Positions 28,638 through 39,218 of a stretch of DNA of 64,000 nucleotides are shown piece by piece. How positions within the stretch are numbered: the first letter of the stretch is position 1; the number at the start of each line of letters is the position of its first letter. The notes beneath the pieces were generated by a model that saw only the letters and a list, made by a program, of their open reading frames with translations, did not search any database and was not told the DNA's origin. This DNA is from an uncultured Candidatus Saccharibacteria bacterium (GTDB lineage: Bacteria > Patescibacteriota > Doudnabacteria > UBA920): positions 29,382-93,381 of the forward strand of contig CAZTCH010000004.1 of the NCBI GenBank assembly GCA_964612745.1. The letters run 5' to 3'. Both the position numbers and the translations under genes were made by a program.

Positions 28638-29801
28638 ATGTATACAACCACATACCGAAAATTATTTTGGATCAGCGCGCTCGTTCTGAGTGTGGTCATT
28701 GTGCTTGTGCTGGAGAAAAAAGACACGCCACCACTCGCTCCAGACAAAGATCTACTCAGTTACTACACCGAAGCCCAAAGCTTACGACAAGACACAGAGC
28801 GCTCAGTCACTTTTCTGGCTGTGGGAGACATCTCCCTCTCTCGAAATATTGCCGCTGTCATTAAAAAAAAGAACGACCCGCTGTACCCTTTCAGAAAAGT
28901 GGAGACACTACTCCGCTCCACAGATTTTAATTTCGGAAATCTGGAAACACCTTTTTCACAAAGCGACGCGTTTACCGCTCAGAACACACTAGTGTTCAAC
29001 GCGCCAAAAGCAAACGTTGCAGGACTTACCGCGTACAACTTTAAAGTCCTCACCCTTGCAAATAATCATGCATACGACCAAGGGTTACAAGGCATACAAA
29101 CCACAAGGAATCTACTTGCAGACAACAACATCCTTACAACCGGAACCGGCTCGACACTCGATGAAGCATGGACGCCTGCTGTATACACTACACGTGGCAT
29201 GTCCGTCGGTTTTATTGGTGCGTCATATGCTTCCGTAAACGACGGAGGTAAAACAACCAATACGCATGTTGCGCGCATTGAAGACTTACAGAATCTGCAA
29301 TCTGCAGTTAAAAATTTGCAATCCAAAGTCGATTTTATTGTAGTAACTATGCACGCAGGCACAGAATACACTGCTAGTCCAAACCCGGATCAAATTGCAT
29401 TTGCACACGCTGCGATTGATGCAGGCGCTGACATGGTCATTGGTCACCACCCCCACTGGGTACAAGAAAAAGAATGGTACTGCACTGGCACACCGGGGAC
29501 TCGCCTACTCCCTACGCCTCCAACGACAACACAAAGCACTCGTACTTCCGGCTGTGGTTGGATCTATTATAGTCTGGGTAATTTTATTTTTGACCAATCG
29601 TGGAGCGAACAAACGAAAACCGGACTTGCGTTAAAAATTACACTGCGGTCCCGCACCAGACACACACCAGACACTTTGCTACAAAATGCTGGAACACCTA
29701 CGTCAGAGGCACCGTTTACTATTGAAATAGAAGAAGTTCCCATTCGCATAGTAGAAAACTGTTGTGCGCAAGTGCAAAGCGACTCATTTGACACAAACTA
29801 G
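28638..29801 (+). CDS. CapA/PGA_cap family metallophosphatase
   Basis: AVGDI, GNLETP, LANNHAYD, HAGTEY, GHHPH, YSLGNFIFDQ. Confidence 0.92.
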   Translation: MYTTTYRKLFWISALVLSVVIVLVLEKKDTPPLAPDKDLLSYYTEAQSLRQDTERSVTFLAVGDISLSRNIAAVIKKKNDPLYPFRKVETLLRSTDFNFGNLETPFSQSDAFTAQNTLVFNAPKANVAGLTAYNFKVLTLANNHAYDQGLQGIQTTRNLLADNNILTTGTGSTLDEAWTPAVYTTRGMSVGFIGASYASVNDGGKTTNTHVARIEDLQNLQSAVKNLQSKVDFIVVTMHAGTEYTASPNPDQIAFAHAAIDAGADMVIGHHPHWVQEKEWYCTGTPGTRLLPTPPTTTQSTRTSGCGWIYYSLGNFIFDQSWSEQTKTGLALKITLRSRTRHTPDTLLQNAGTPTSEAPFTIEIEEVPIRIVENCCAQVQSDSFDTN

Positions 29802-29931
29802 TGAACATGGTTAAAATTGCGGTTACGAGTGAGACACCTGTATATATAGAGTGTTTCTTGTATACCCCGTGCAATCATCCATAGTTGTCGGTATTTTACC
29901 AAGCATACGTACTACCTAATTTTCATTTCAT

Positions 29932-32346
29932 ATGCCAAAGCCACTCATTATAGTAGAGTCTCCAACCAAAGCGAAAACCATTTCGAAGTTTCTTGGTGGC
30001 GCGTACGACGTCGAGGCGTCTTTTGGCCATATCCGTGATTTGCCCAAAAGTAAGTTATCTATAGATGTAGAACACAATTTTGAGCCAAAATATGCTATCC
30101 CCCCAAAAGCCAAAGAAACCGTAGAAAAATTACAAGCTCTTGCCAAACACGCTCCAGAGATTATCTTGGCGAGTGATGAAGACAGAGAAGGAGAATCTAT
30201 CGCATGGCACCTTGTCCAAGCCCTTGGTCTTGAAAGCTCCAAATCACCAAAAACAAGAAAACAAAGCTCCAAATCTAAAAAGTCAAAAATTGATACTGAA
30301 GCATTTTCCAATACCGAAGCGGTTGCAGTAGACCCCCACAAAGTAAAACGAATTGTGTTTCATGAAATAACTAAGTCTGCTATAGAAGAAGCACTCGCCC
30401 ACCCAAGAACTATTGACCAAAACCTCGTCGACGCACAGCAAGCACGGCGCATTTTGGACAGACTCGTAGGGTACGAACTATCACCTTTCTTGTGGAGGAA
30501 AATCCGCTATGGTCTTTCTGCTGGTCGTGTACAAAGTGTTGCCGTCCGTCTGGTAGTAGAGCGAGAACGAGAAATTCAAGCATTTAAAAGTGATGAATAC
30601 TGGAGCATAGAAGCAAAGCTTTCTCCAGCAGACAGCGCTGCTATTTTTACGGCGCGCTTATCTAAAATTGATGGAGCATCCGTAGGCAAACTAGATATTG
30701 CGTCCCACGCAGCAGCACATGAGATTGTCTCGAACCTCACCGGTGCAACGTATACCGTTGCAGATATATCTAAAAAAGAAACAAAGCGAAACCCCGCTGC
30801 GCCATTTACCACCTCGACCCTCCAACAAGAAGCAGCACGCAAACTCGGCTACTCTGCCAAACAAACCATGATGATTGCCCAACAGCTCTATGAGCATGGG
30901 CATATCACCTACATGCGTACTGACAGCTTAAACTTAGCTGCGAGTGCTCTTGCGCAAGCACAAGGAGTCATTGGCACTGAGTTTGGTGCAGCATATACAC
31001 TGCCTACCCCACGCACTTTTACAAACAAATCCAAAGGAGCGCAAGAAGCCCACGAAGCAATTCGTCCAACTGACCTGACCGTGCTCCCCCAAAACTTAAA
31101 AGTTGGCACTGCAGATAAAGGGCATAGCAAGTTATATGACTTGATTTGGAAACGCACCATTGCCTCGCAAATGCCTCAGGCAGTCTTTGACCAAACCAGT
31201 ATCGACATTGCAGCTCAAAGTAAAACGAGCACTCCCGCATATACATTTCGTGCCAGTGGCCAAGTTATTAAGTTTGACGGCTTTATTCGCGCGTACACCG
31301 AAGGAGTAGACGAAGAAGATGTTGCTCAAGCAGAAGCTGAATTAGAAGGAGTACTGCCAGAGCTGACGTTGCAAGAACAACTGAAACTCAAGGAGCTACT
31401 GCCTTTGCAACACTTTACAGAGCCACCCGCACGCTACACTGACGCAACGCTCGTAAAAGCACTCGAAGCACACGGCATTGGTAGACCGTCGACATACGCT
31501 CCGACACTGGCGACTATTCAAGAGCGGGACTATGTGACAAAGGAAGATAAAAAATATAGTCCGACCGAAGTAGGCATACTGGTAACCGACATGCTCGTTG
31601 CCAATTTTCCAGAGATTGTAGATATTGGCTTCACCGCTAAAATCGAAGCCGATTTCGACAAGATTGCTGAAGGAGAAGTAGAATGGGTGCCAGTCATCCG
31701 TGATTTTTACGCCCCATTTAAAAAGCACCTTGTAGAAAAAGAAGCTACCGTAGAAAAACAAATCGAAACATCTACTACACCCTGCCCACACTGCAGCAAG
31801 ATGATGGTGATTAAGTTTGGCAGAATGGGTAAATTCCTTGCATGCCCAGATCCAGAGTCAAAAGTAACCCTCCCCCTCCCAGAAGAGGCAGCAAAAATCG
31901 CTGAATTGGAAGCAAAGACCAAAGGTGAACTATGCCCCCTCTGTGGCAAACACATGGAAGTAAAACGAGGACGATTTGGTTACTTCCTTGGTTGCGTTGA
32001 CTACCCAACGTGTAAAGGTATTTCGAAAATTTGGAATAAGACTGGTTTTAAATGTCCAAGCTGTCTAGTCTCCGACAACCGTAAAGACAAGCCTGGTGAC
32101 ATTGTAGAAAAGAAGTCTCGTGGCAGGGGTAAGCCTTTCTTTGCCTGTACGAGGTGGCCTGACTGCGAATTTATTACCAACATAAAACCAGAAAGTGAAA
32201 CGCACCTCCAAGAGCTGCACAAGCTATGGTTAGAAAATAAGGATAAACCGAAAACTCCAAAAAAGTTTAGCAGGAAAACAACTACTAAAAAGTCAACTAA
32301 GAAAACTGCGAAAGCATCCACCATACAAAAAACCGTCGAGGCTTAA
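29932..32346 (+). CDS. topA: DNA topoisomerase I
   Basis: IVESPTKAKTI, DEDREGE, SAGRVQS, ITYMRTD, zinc ribbons. Confidence 0.98.
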   Translation: MPKPLIIVESPTKAKTISKFLGGAYDVEASFGHIRDLPKSKLSIDVEHNFEPKYAIPPKAKETVEKLQALAKHAPEIILASDEDREGESIAWHLVQALGLESSKSPKTRKQSSKSKKSKIDTEAFSNTEAVAVDPHKVKRIVFHEITKSAIEEALAHPRTIDQNLVDAQQARRILDRLVGYELSPFLWRKIRYGLSAGRVQSVAVRLVVEREREIQAFKSDEYWSIEAKLSPADSAAIFTARLSKIDGASVGKLDIASHAAAHEIVSNLTGATYTVADISKKETKRNPAAPFTTSTLQQEAARKLGYSAKQTMMIAQQLYEHGHITYMRTDSLNLAASALAQAQGVIGTEFGAAYTLPTPRTFTNKSKGAQEAHEAIRPTDLTVLPQNLKVGTADKGHSKLYDLIWKRTIASQMPQAVFDQTSIDIAAQSKTSTPAYTFRASGQVIKFDGFIRAYTEGVDEEDVAQAEAELEGVLPELTLQEQLKLKELLPLQHFTEPPARYTDATLVKALEAHGIGRPSTYAPTLATIQERDYVTKEDKKYSPTEVGILVTDMLVANFPEIVDIGFTAKIEADFDKIAEGEVEWVPVIRDFYAPFKKHLVEKEATVEKQIETSTTPCPHCSKMMVIKFGRMGKFLACPDPESKVTLPLPEEAAKIAELEAKTKGELCPLCGKHMEVKRGRFGYFLGCVDYPTCKGISKIWNKTGFKCPSCLVSDNRKDKPGDIVEKKSRGRGKPFFACTRWPDCEFITNIKPESETHLQELHKLWLENKDKPKTPKKFSRKTTTKKSTKKTAKASTIQKTVEA

Positions 32347-32442
32347 GCCTGGCGGTTTTTTATCACACGTGTTAGTCCAATATATCTTATAATCCCGTCT
32401 CGCTTATGGCCCCTATTCGCCCAACAATCTCTCTATTAAACC

Positions 32443-33249
32443 CTAAACGTCTACCCCGCCTAGATTGTCTCCAAAAACATATTTCGACCATCTCCTAAAA
32501 ACTTTATCATTGTTCGTATAATAATCTGGCTCATACTGTGGGTCTTTTTTATATAAATTTATTTCTTTATAGCCCTGCGTAGTTTCTAATAAAGTTGATA
32601 AAGATTTTTTAACAACTTCTTGAGGAGTTAGCCAATACGTTGTGTCCGCGTGTGGCCTTATCTTCAACGCACTCTTAGTAATTGTGGAACTAATATTTAT
32701 CGCTAAACTCGTTACCCAAGGATACCGGCCAACAGCATCCCGCATATAACCCCTCACAATGTTTTTTGATTCTGAAAAAGAAGTTAGAAAGATTAGACCG
32801 TGCTTATCGGCCACCGAACCAATCATGGCCAGTGTTAGTTGAGTTTTTGCCCCACCCTTACGTTCTTGACCCAACTTTTTAATTAAAGCAGTGGCGAAGT
32901 ATTTATACGTATTTACGTTAGAGTTGTAAACTACTGGGTCAATAGTTTCGATTTTATCAATACGAGGATAATCAATATTTTCAAATTTGTCTATTCCAAT
33001 AGAATGTATAAAGACTACTCTAGCAAATTTACTAAAGTCCATCCTCTCAACAATCTTATACGTCTCATTTGGATTTGCTAGATCAAAATGTAACCACCGT
33101 AGATTTGTGCTACTAATATCCAACTCATTTTCCCTGCTTATACCGATAACCTGCTGACTTACTATTAGTCGACGCACAAATTCTGCGCCAATCTCGCCAC
33201 TCGCACCTCCAATAATAAATAAGGTTTTAAGCTTAACTACTCTATTCAT
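32443..33249 (-). CDS. Atypical SDR-like Rossmann-fold protein (AT-rich)
   Basis: IIGGASGEIG dinucleotide-binding loop, FDLAN; no canonical YxxxK. Confidence 0.55.
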   Translation of the reverse strand: MNRVVKLKTLFIIGGASGEIGAEFVRRLIVSQQVIGISRENELDISSTNLRWLHFDLANPNETYKIVERMDFSKFARVVFIHSIGIDKFENIDYPRIDKIETIDPVVYNSNVNTYKYFATALIKKLGQERKGGAKTQLTLAMIGSVADKHGLIFLTSFSESKNIVRGYMRDAVGRYPWVTSLAINISSTITKSALKIRPHADTTYWLTPQEVVKKSLSTLLETTQGYKEINLYKKDPQYEPDYYTNNDKVFRRWSKYVFGDNLGGVDV

Positions 33250-33396
33250 ACATTCTCAAAATAATAACTATCTGAATACACATGTCACCGTGAAAATATT
33301 GACATAAAAACAATAAAATGTCATAAAATAGGCTATATTTTGATACTTAGTAAAAAATAATTTTACTTTTATGCCTACTTATGCTATGCTGAACTT

Positions 33397-34254
33397 ATGA
33401 TACTTACTCCCCCAATAAGCATCGAGGACTACATTATTCAACTGCTCCGAGACGGCCCAATCGGAACCATTGAGTTAATTGCGCGCATCCGAAAACATCT
33501 GCCAAATGCAACAAAGCAAGCCGTATACTCTGCGCTTCGTAAACTTAAAGGCCAAGAAGTCGTAGTTGTACACAACAAGCAAGCGTCCCTCAGCATACAG
33601 TGGTTACGAAAGCTCGAGGTATTTGTAAATATAGCTGCAGAACGATCATTCGACGCTGAATTACGTTCCAATGGAATTTTGGCGCTTACAGATGGCGATC
33701 GAATTGAATACCATTTTAAAAATGCCCATCTCATGGACTCGTTTTGGTGGCATGCGTCAGCGTTACTCCTAGAAACACAACCCGACACAGAGCCAGTCTA
33801 TATATATCACAGTCATGAGTGGTTTCTCCACGCAAGGCGAAACACTGAGTTAGACTTTATACGATATATAAAAAATAAACGGCGCACGCTCTTTTTGGCA
33901 GTCAGCAGGAACACGCCGTTAGACAAGCTGGCAGCCGAAGACTTTGACGGAAACACGGCTCAATACTACATGTACCCAACTCCCCCATTTCCCAAAAATA
34001 ATTATTACCTAAACGTATTTAACGACTATGTCTTTGAGGTATGGTTGGACAAAGCCATGTCCAACGAGCTAGATTCACTCTACCTAAATGCTAAAACCAT
34101 CACCCCAAACACCTTAGAAGAAATAAAACTCCTTATAAGCAAATCTGGGAAAAGTCGCATGATAATTTCCCGTGACCAAAACCGGGCAGAGAAGCTAAAA
34201 AAGTTTTTAGGCAAACACTTTATTATCCCTCTAAGAGAGGCTACTAAACGCTAA
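33397..34254 (+). CDS. Winged-HTH transcriptional regulator-like protein
   Basis: TKQAVYSALRKL helix; divergent from SDR-like gene. Confidence 0.6.
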   Translation: MILTPPISIEDYIIQLLRDGPIGTIELIARIRKHLPNATKQAVYSALRKLKGQEVVVVHNKQASLSIQWLRKLEVFVNIAAERSFDAELRSNGILALTDGDRIEYHFKNAHLMDSFWWHASALLLETQPDTEPVYIYHSHEWFLHARRNTELDFIRYIKNKRRTLFLAVSRNTPLDKLAAEDFDGNTAQYYMYPTPPFPKNNYYLNVFNDYVFEVWLDKAMSNELDSLYLNAKTITPNTLEEIKLLISKSGKSRMIISRDQNRAEKLKKFLGKHFIIPLREATKR

Positions 34255-34339
34255 CCTACTAACGCGTTAGCGAACTGCAGTTCATGTGGAAATACTACGC
34301 TATCACAAAATTATAAAAAACCTGCACTCGTGCAGGTTT

Positions 34340-35389
34340 TTATTTTTGCTTTCGCTTCAGGACTCGACCACCATCTACCAACACTTCCCACCCAGCTCCC
34401 ACGTATATACTTTCTGCTGATGGCCTTATCTGGCGAGTGGGAGGTACACGATTTTGTGCAAACGAAGCAATCACCGTACTCAGATACTGCGCTTCAGAAA
34501 AAATCTCTGCGGCGGTTGGCCCACGATGCACTACCGGCACACGCGCTGCATCCCCAAGAGCGAACACCGTATCATATGGTCGTAACTGAAATTGCATATT
34601 CACTCCACCAGTAAATGGAAGTGCTTTTACCTTATCTTGTCCAAACAGAGGAACTCCGACTGGAGTATGCGCGCCTGCCCACACGCACACGTCGGCACGG
34701 GCAACCGTACCGGAAACGCCACCGCACACCCCACTTTTGCTCACCGCTGTTATTGCAGTATTACAGACTACCTGCACACCCAAACTGTGTAGAGCACTCT
34801 CTAGTATACGGGCCGCTTCTGCTGGTAAGGCGGGTACTAAACGCGACTGTTGCTCCACCAGAATAATTTCTAGTTTTGTGTGTGCAAACTCAGTTGATTT
34901 CCAAAAGTCATACACATGGCCAGCAGTTGCGACACCCACTCTTCCCCCACCAACCACACACACAGTCGCACACGGCGCTAGGCCTTGCGCGGCAAGCGCA
35001 AGTGCGCTGTGAACGGCTTGCCTGATTTGCACACGTCCGTGCATACGCCAAGGTGAATACAACGGGGCACCAGGTGCGAAGTGTTCATCTGACACACGAA
35101 ACTCTGCACCAGTAGCCACCACAGCAAAATCGTACGGTACTGTTTTTGTATCGGTCACCACCTGCTTCTGTACAACATCTATCCCTTTCACTTTTCCATG
35201 TACAAACTGCACATGTGGAGCCACATGCACAGACGCTGCAGATGTCGACACGTTTGGCGCTATACGCAAATCTTCTTGCTGGCCAAGTGCTGCATCAAAA
35301 ATAGTTGTTTGGAGATTTGGATAGTGACTGAGCGCCACAGCAAGAGACTTCCCCGCCACCCCCGCTCCTATAACAACAACGTGCTTCAT
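34340..35389 (-). CDS. FAD-dependent pyridine nucleotide oxidoreductase (NDH-2-like)
   Basis: VIGAGVAG, YDFAVVATGA, VVGGGRVG, VFALGD. Confidence 0.85.
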   Translation of the reverse strand: MKHVVVIGAGVAGKSLAVALSHYPNLQTTIFDAALGQQEDLRIAPNVSTSAASVHVAPHVQFVHGKVKGIDVVQKQVVTDTKTVPYDFAVVATGAEFRVSDEHFAPGAPLYSPWRMHGRVQIRQAVHSALALAAQGLAPCATVCVVGGGRVGVATAGHVYDFWKSTEFAHTKLEIILVEQQSRLVPALPAEAARILESALHSLGVQVVCNTAITAVSKSGVCGGVSGTVARADVCVWAGAHTPVGVPLFGQDKVKALPFTGGVNMQFQLRPYDTVFALGDAARVPVVHRGPTAAEIFSEAQYLSTVIASFAQNRVPPTRQIRPSAESIYVGAGWEVLVDGGRVLKRKQK

Positions 35390-35431
35390 AGTAAAAAAAT
35401 CCCTGCACAAAAGTGTGCAGGGAAGAAATAA

Positions 35432-35947
35432 TTAGCGAATACCTTTTGGGGTTAATGCATGCGTCCCTGCTACTAAGTCACCTGTTTTGCCACCGAGACA
35501 AAAATAGTAATTATAGTTCGGATACACCGTCAAACCATTGACCACCGACGCAGTTCCTGTTGGAGCGTAAAAATACGTAGTAGCTGGCTCACCATTTGGA
35601 TAATCGAGCAACTCACAACCACCATCTGCGGGGAGTGGATTTTCTGGCTGGCTGGCAATAAATGATGGCGTCATGTCTGCTGGAATGCCGCTACCAGTCG
35701 CAGCTGGGTAGCCCCTGTTGGTGTTGTAAAACAGCTCAAACGCCGTGACCATACGGGACATGTCGCCGACACGCTTGGCGTCTCTGCCTTTTGCTCGTGC
35801 GTTGTATACGGCCACCAGTACAATTGAGCTCAAGAGCCCAATAATTGCTATGACCACCAACAATTCAATAAGAGTAAACCCGCGTCCGCTTGCTCGCGTC
35901 ACACGTCTTTTTTGCTCGGCGGAAGAAAATTCCACTTCTACTTGCAT
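35432..35947 (-). CDS. Type IV pilin / pseudopilin
   Basis: Prepilin motif G|FTLIELLVVIAII, ARAKGRDAKR. Confidence 0.92.
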   Translation of the reverse strand: MQVEVEFSSAEQKRRVTRASGRGFTLIELLVVIAIIGLLSSIVLVAVYNARAKGRDAKRVGDMSRMVTAFELFYNTNRGYPAATGSGIPADMTPSFIASQPENPLPADGGCELLDYPNGEPATTYFYAPTGTASVVNGLTVYPNYNYYFCLGGKTGDLVAGTHALTPKGIR

Positions 35948-36092
35948 TTTGTTTCTTTTGTAACTAGTAAGTTATTACTAGTATACCATAGCCTAGCTGC
36001 ACTTGAAAAATTTAGCGATTTTAGGTAGAATAGCAAAGAAATGCATTTAGGGAGCTTCTCGCACGCTTTTGCAGTATTCACTATATACAGAT

Positions 36093-36168
36093 GGGTCTGT
36101 AGCTCAGTTGGTAGAGCAGTGGCCTTTTAAGCCAACGGTCGCGGGTTCGAATCCCGCCGGACCCACCA
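36093..36168 (+). tRNA. tRNA-Lys(TTT)
   Basis: GGGTCTG...CGGACCC-ACCA; anticodon loop CTTTTAA. Confidence 0.95.
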
Positions 36169-36398
36169 AAGAATAAAGAACCTTACCGTAGGTTCTTTTT
36201 CTTTTTGTCGACTACTCCCCATCTACTCAGGGGCTCGAGTTGCTTTTATCCTCAAGCTTGAAAGCTGAAAAGCTAAGAAGCTAGAAAGCTTTGCTACTAC
36301 TCACCTCACTAGCCAGTACGTCATAAATATGGTAAATTCTTAGTACTTTTAGGAGCAGCTTGGAAAGACAGCACTTAATTTTCCAGCACCAAAACTTC

Positions 36399-37289
36399 AT
36401 GGAAATCTTTGCAGACAAAACTTTGTGGGACTACAAACTCCTCGACTCTGGTAACGGACAAAGGCTGGAACAATGGGGCAAATATCGACTTTCGCGACCA
36501 GACCCCCAAGCAATTTGGAATACGCACATCCCCGAGTCGGAGTGGCAAAAAGCAGATGCTACGTTTGACCGTTCATGGCATATTCGAACTACCATGCCGA
36601 AGATGTGGGAAGTGCGCTTCCCCCTCCCCCTACAACGAGGCCAAACCCACACAGGACCGTGGGAGCTCACACTCGCAGCCAGACTTACCCCTTTTAAACA
36701 CACGGGCATATTTGCCGAACAATCTGCTAACTGGAACTGGCTCGCAGAACAAGTACTCAATAACCCTGCACACGAACAGAAGAAGGTGTTAAACCTGTTT
36801 GGCTACACTGGTGCTGCCACAGTATTGCTCGCAAAGCTGGGCTGCTTTGTCACACACGTAGACGCAAGCAAGCCTGCTATTGGCTGGGCAAAAGAAAATC
36901 AAGCACTCAACGACCTCCCCGAAGATAGTATTCGATGGATTTTAGATGATGCATTCAAATTTGTGAAACGAGAAGTAAAACGCGGAGCACACTATGACGG
37001 AGTCGTCATGGACCCCCCTGCATTTGGCCATGCTCCAGATGGAAGAACATGGAAATTCGCCGAAGACTTTCCATTACTCCTCGCCGAAGTGCAAAAGCTC
37101 TTAGCTCCAAAAAATAGTTTTTTACTCGTCAATGCATACGCTACAAACTCCTCTGCAATCGCTTTGCAAAATGTAGTGGAAGACATTTTCCCCAGCGCTG
37201 GAACTCTGACCGCTGGTGAATTGTGCGTCTCTCAAGCAGATGGACGACTACTCTCGACAGGTATTGTCGCTCGAAGAACCAACATATAA
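36399..37289 (+). CDS. SAM-dependent methyltransferase (RlmI/YwbD-like)
   Basis: KHTGIFAEQ, VLNLFGYTG, VDAS, MDPPAF. Confidence 0.88.
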   Translation: MEIFADKTLWDYKLLDSGNGQRLEQWGKYRLSRPDPQAIWNTHIPESEWQKADATFDRSWHIRTTMPKMWEVRFPLPLQRGQTHTGPWELTLAARLTPFKHTGIFAEQSANWNWLAEQVLNNPAHEQKKVLNLFGYTGAATVLLAKLGCFVTHVDASKPAIGWAKENQALNDLPEDSIRWILDDAFKFVKREVKRGAHYDGVVMDPPAFGHAPDGRTWKFAEDFPLLLAEVQKLLAPKNSFLLVNAYATNSSAIALQNVVEDIFPSAGTLTAGELCVSQADGRLLSTGIVARRTNI

Positions 37290-37302
37290 TCCTCACTCTC
37301 GT

Positions 37303-38559
37303 ATGCACGTACTGAAACCAGCCAAAAAAATAATCTACCTTGATCACGCGGCCACCACACCAGTACGCCCTGAGGTGCTCACTGCAATGCAACCCTACTG
37401 GGCAAAAGAGTTCGGAAACCCATCCACACTCTATACGCTCGGACAACACGCAGCAGAGGCAGTATCTACTGCGCGTGCGAGCTGTGCCTCCATCTTACAT
37501 TGCACCCCACACGAAATTGTTTTTACCGCTGGCGGAAGTGAGAGCGACAACATTGCAATTCTCGGGGCAGCGCGGGCGTATCGAGAAAAACACCGCACGG
37601 GTGGCCATATTATCACTTCCCCCATCGAACACCATGCAGTGCTCGAAACAGTGCGCGCCCTCGAAACTCAAGGCTTTACCGTTACTTACACACCTGTAAC
37701 ACCAGAAGGTTTTGTAACTACAGAAGCAATAGCTACTGCGCTCCGACCAGATACTTTTTTGGTAAGCATTATGTATGCCAATAACGAAATTGGCACCGTC
37801 CAGCCACTCACTCAAATTAGTCAGTTGCTCAAGAAAGAAAATGTTCGCAGACAATCTGTACACCCCAAAGCTGGTACTGCAACACGAATCTTGTTTCACA
37901 CGGATGCGTGCCAAGCCGCTGGATACCTTTCTCTTGATACCACAGCACTTGGTGTAGACATGCTCACGGTAAATAGCAGCAAAGTGTACGGTCCAAAACA
38001 AGTGGGACTGCTCTACGTAAAACGAGGCACACCTATCCTCCCTATCACTTTTGGTGGAGGTCAAGAAAATGGACTTCGGAGTGGCACAGAAAATGTTGCA
38101 GGCATTGTGGGATTTGCCACAGCTCTGAAACTCGCAGAGAAAGAAAAACTAAAAGAAGTACGGCGACTACTCACCCTCCAAAAATATTTCGTGCGTACCC
38201 TTTCAAAGCATATACCGCGCACTATACTGAACGGCCCTAAGGTTGCTCAGGATACAAAAGAAATAACCCGTCTCCCAAACAATATAAATGTTTCTTTTGA
38301 TGGCTGCGATGGCGAAGCGCTCGTTATTTACTTAGACGCATACAATATCGCCGCTGCAACGGGTAGCGCATGCGCGACTGGATCCACAGAGCCTTCGCAT
38401 GTCTTAACGGCTATTGGCGTAACACCAAATCATATCCGTGGTAGCCTGCGGCTCACGATGGGTAAATCAACTACGCAAAAAGAGCTCGATTTTACCTGCA
38501 CAGTACTCGCCTTCTTAGTCCGTGAACAGCGTGCAACTACCAACATGCTTATACAATAA
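37303..38559 (+). CDS. iscS: Cysteine desulfurase (IscS/NifS family)
   Basis: YLDHAATTP, GNPS, EHHAV, NNEIG, HTDACQ, RSGTEN, GSACATG. Confidence 0.93.
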   Translation: MHVLKPAKKIIYLDHAATTPVRPEVLTAMQPYWAKEFGNPSTLYTLGQHAAEAVSTARASCASILHCTPHEIVFTAGGSESDNIAILGAARAYREKHRTGGHIITSPIEHHAVLETVRALETQGFTVTYTPVTPEGFVTTEAIATALRPDTFLVSIMYANNEIGTVQPLTQISQLLKKENVRRQSVHPKAGTATRILFHTDACQAAGYLSLDTTALGVDMLTVNSSKVYGPKQVGLLYVKRGTPILPITFGGGQENGLRSGTENVAGIVGFATALKLAEKEKLKEVRRLLTLQKYFVRTLSKHIPRTILNGPKVAQDTKEITRLPNNINVSFDGCDGEALVIYLDAYNIAAATGSACATGSTEPSHVLTAIGVTPNHIRGSLRLTMGKSTTQKELDFTCTVLAFLVREQRATTNMLIQ

Positions 38560-38585
38560 AACCCCTCGTATGAGGGGTTTTCTTT

Positions 38586-39134
38586 TTAAACTTCGTTTCG
38601 CTGCGAAATAAATTTGCCAAGGACGATAAGATACACAATCGGAGCTACAAGCCACAAGAAACTCACACCGTGCTGTACAAATAAGAACTGCACAAGAGGG
38701 TGCAAACTTTGTTGTACATGAGCGGGTACAAACCCCAAAATAATATTGATTAGCAAACCAATCTGTAACAACGCAAACGGAATACCAAAAACCAACGTTG
38801 CTCCGTTACGGCCTTCCGCTGCTGTTCTAAATCCATATTTTGAAAGGAAGAAAAAGAGTACCAAAAAGAGCACCGCAAAAGCAGCAAGGTGCTGTAAGCT
38901 CACAGTAACAATGTTCAGTTTTGCATTTACCAACGTCTGCAAAAATGGCGCTTCAATCACAAGCAGTTTGGCCATGTAGACAGACACTAAAATAGAAAGG
39001 AGTCTTCCCCTGCCCGCTGCAAATGCATACAAAACCGAAGCCACCACCCAAAAAAGCAAAATAAACAAATCCCAGCTTGGAGCTTGCCAGTTGAAACTGC
39101 GAATGAGATGTTGAAATTCGATATACTTTTGCAT
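38586..39134 (-). CDS. Integral membrane protein (CvpA-like)
   Basis: About five hydrophobic helices. Confidence 0.65.
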   Translation of the reverse strand: MQKYIEFQHLIRSFNWQAPSWDLFILLFWVVASVLYAFAAGRGRLLSILVSVYMAKLLVIEAPFLQTLVNAKLNIVTVSLQHLAAFAVLFLVLFFFLSKYGFRTAAEGRNGATLVFGIPFALLQIGLLINIILGFVPAHVQQSLHPLVQFLFVQHGVSFLWLVAPIVYLIVLGKFISQRNEV

Positions 39135-39218
39135 GAAGCGCGCTGAAAATTCTGATACTAATAGTATAGCATTAACCATTCTACAAAGCCTGAAACCGAA
39201 TGCTATATACTACTGTAT

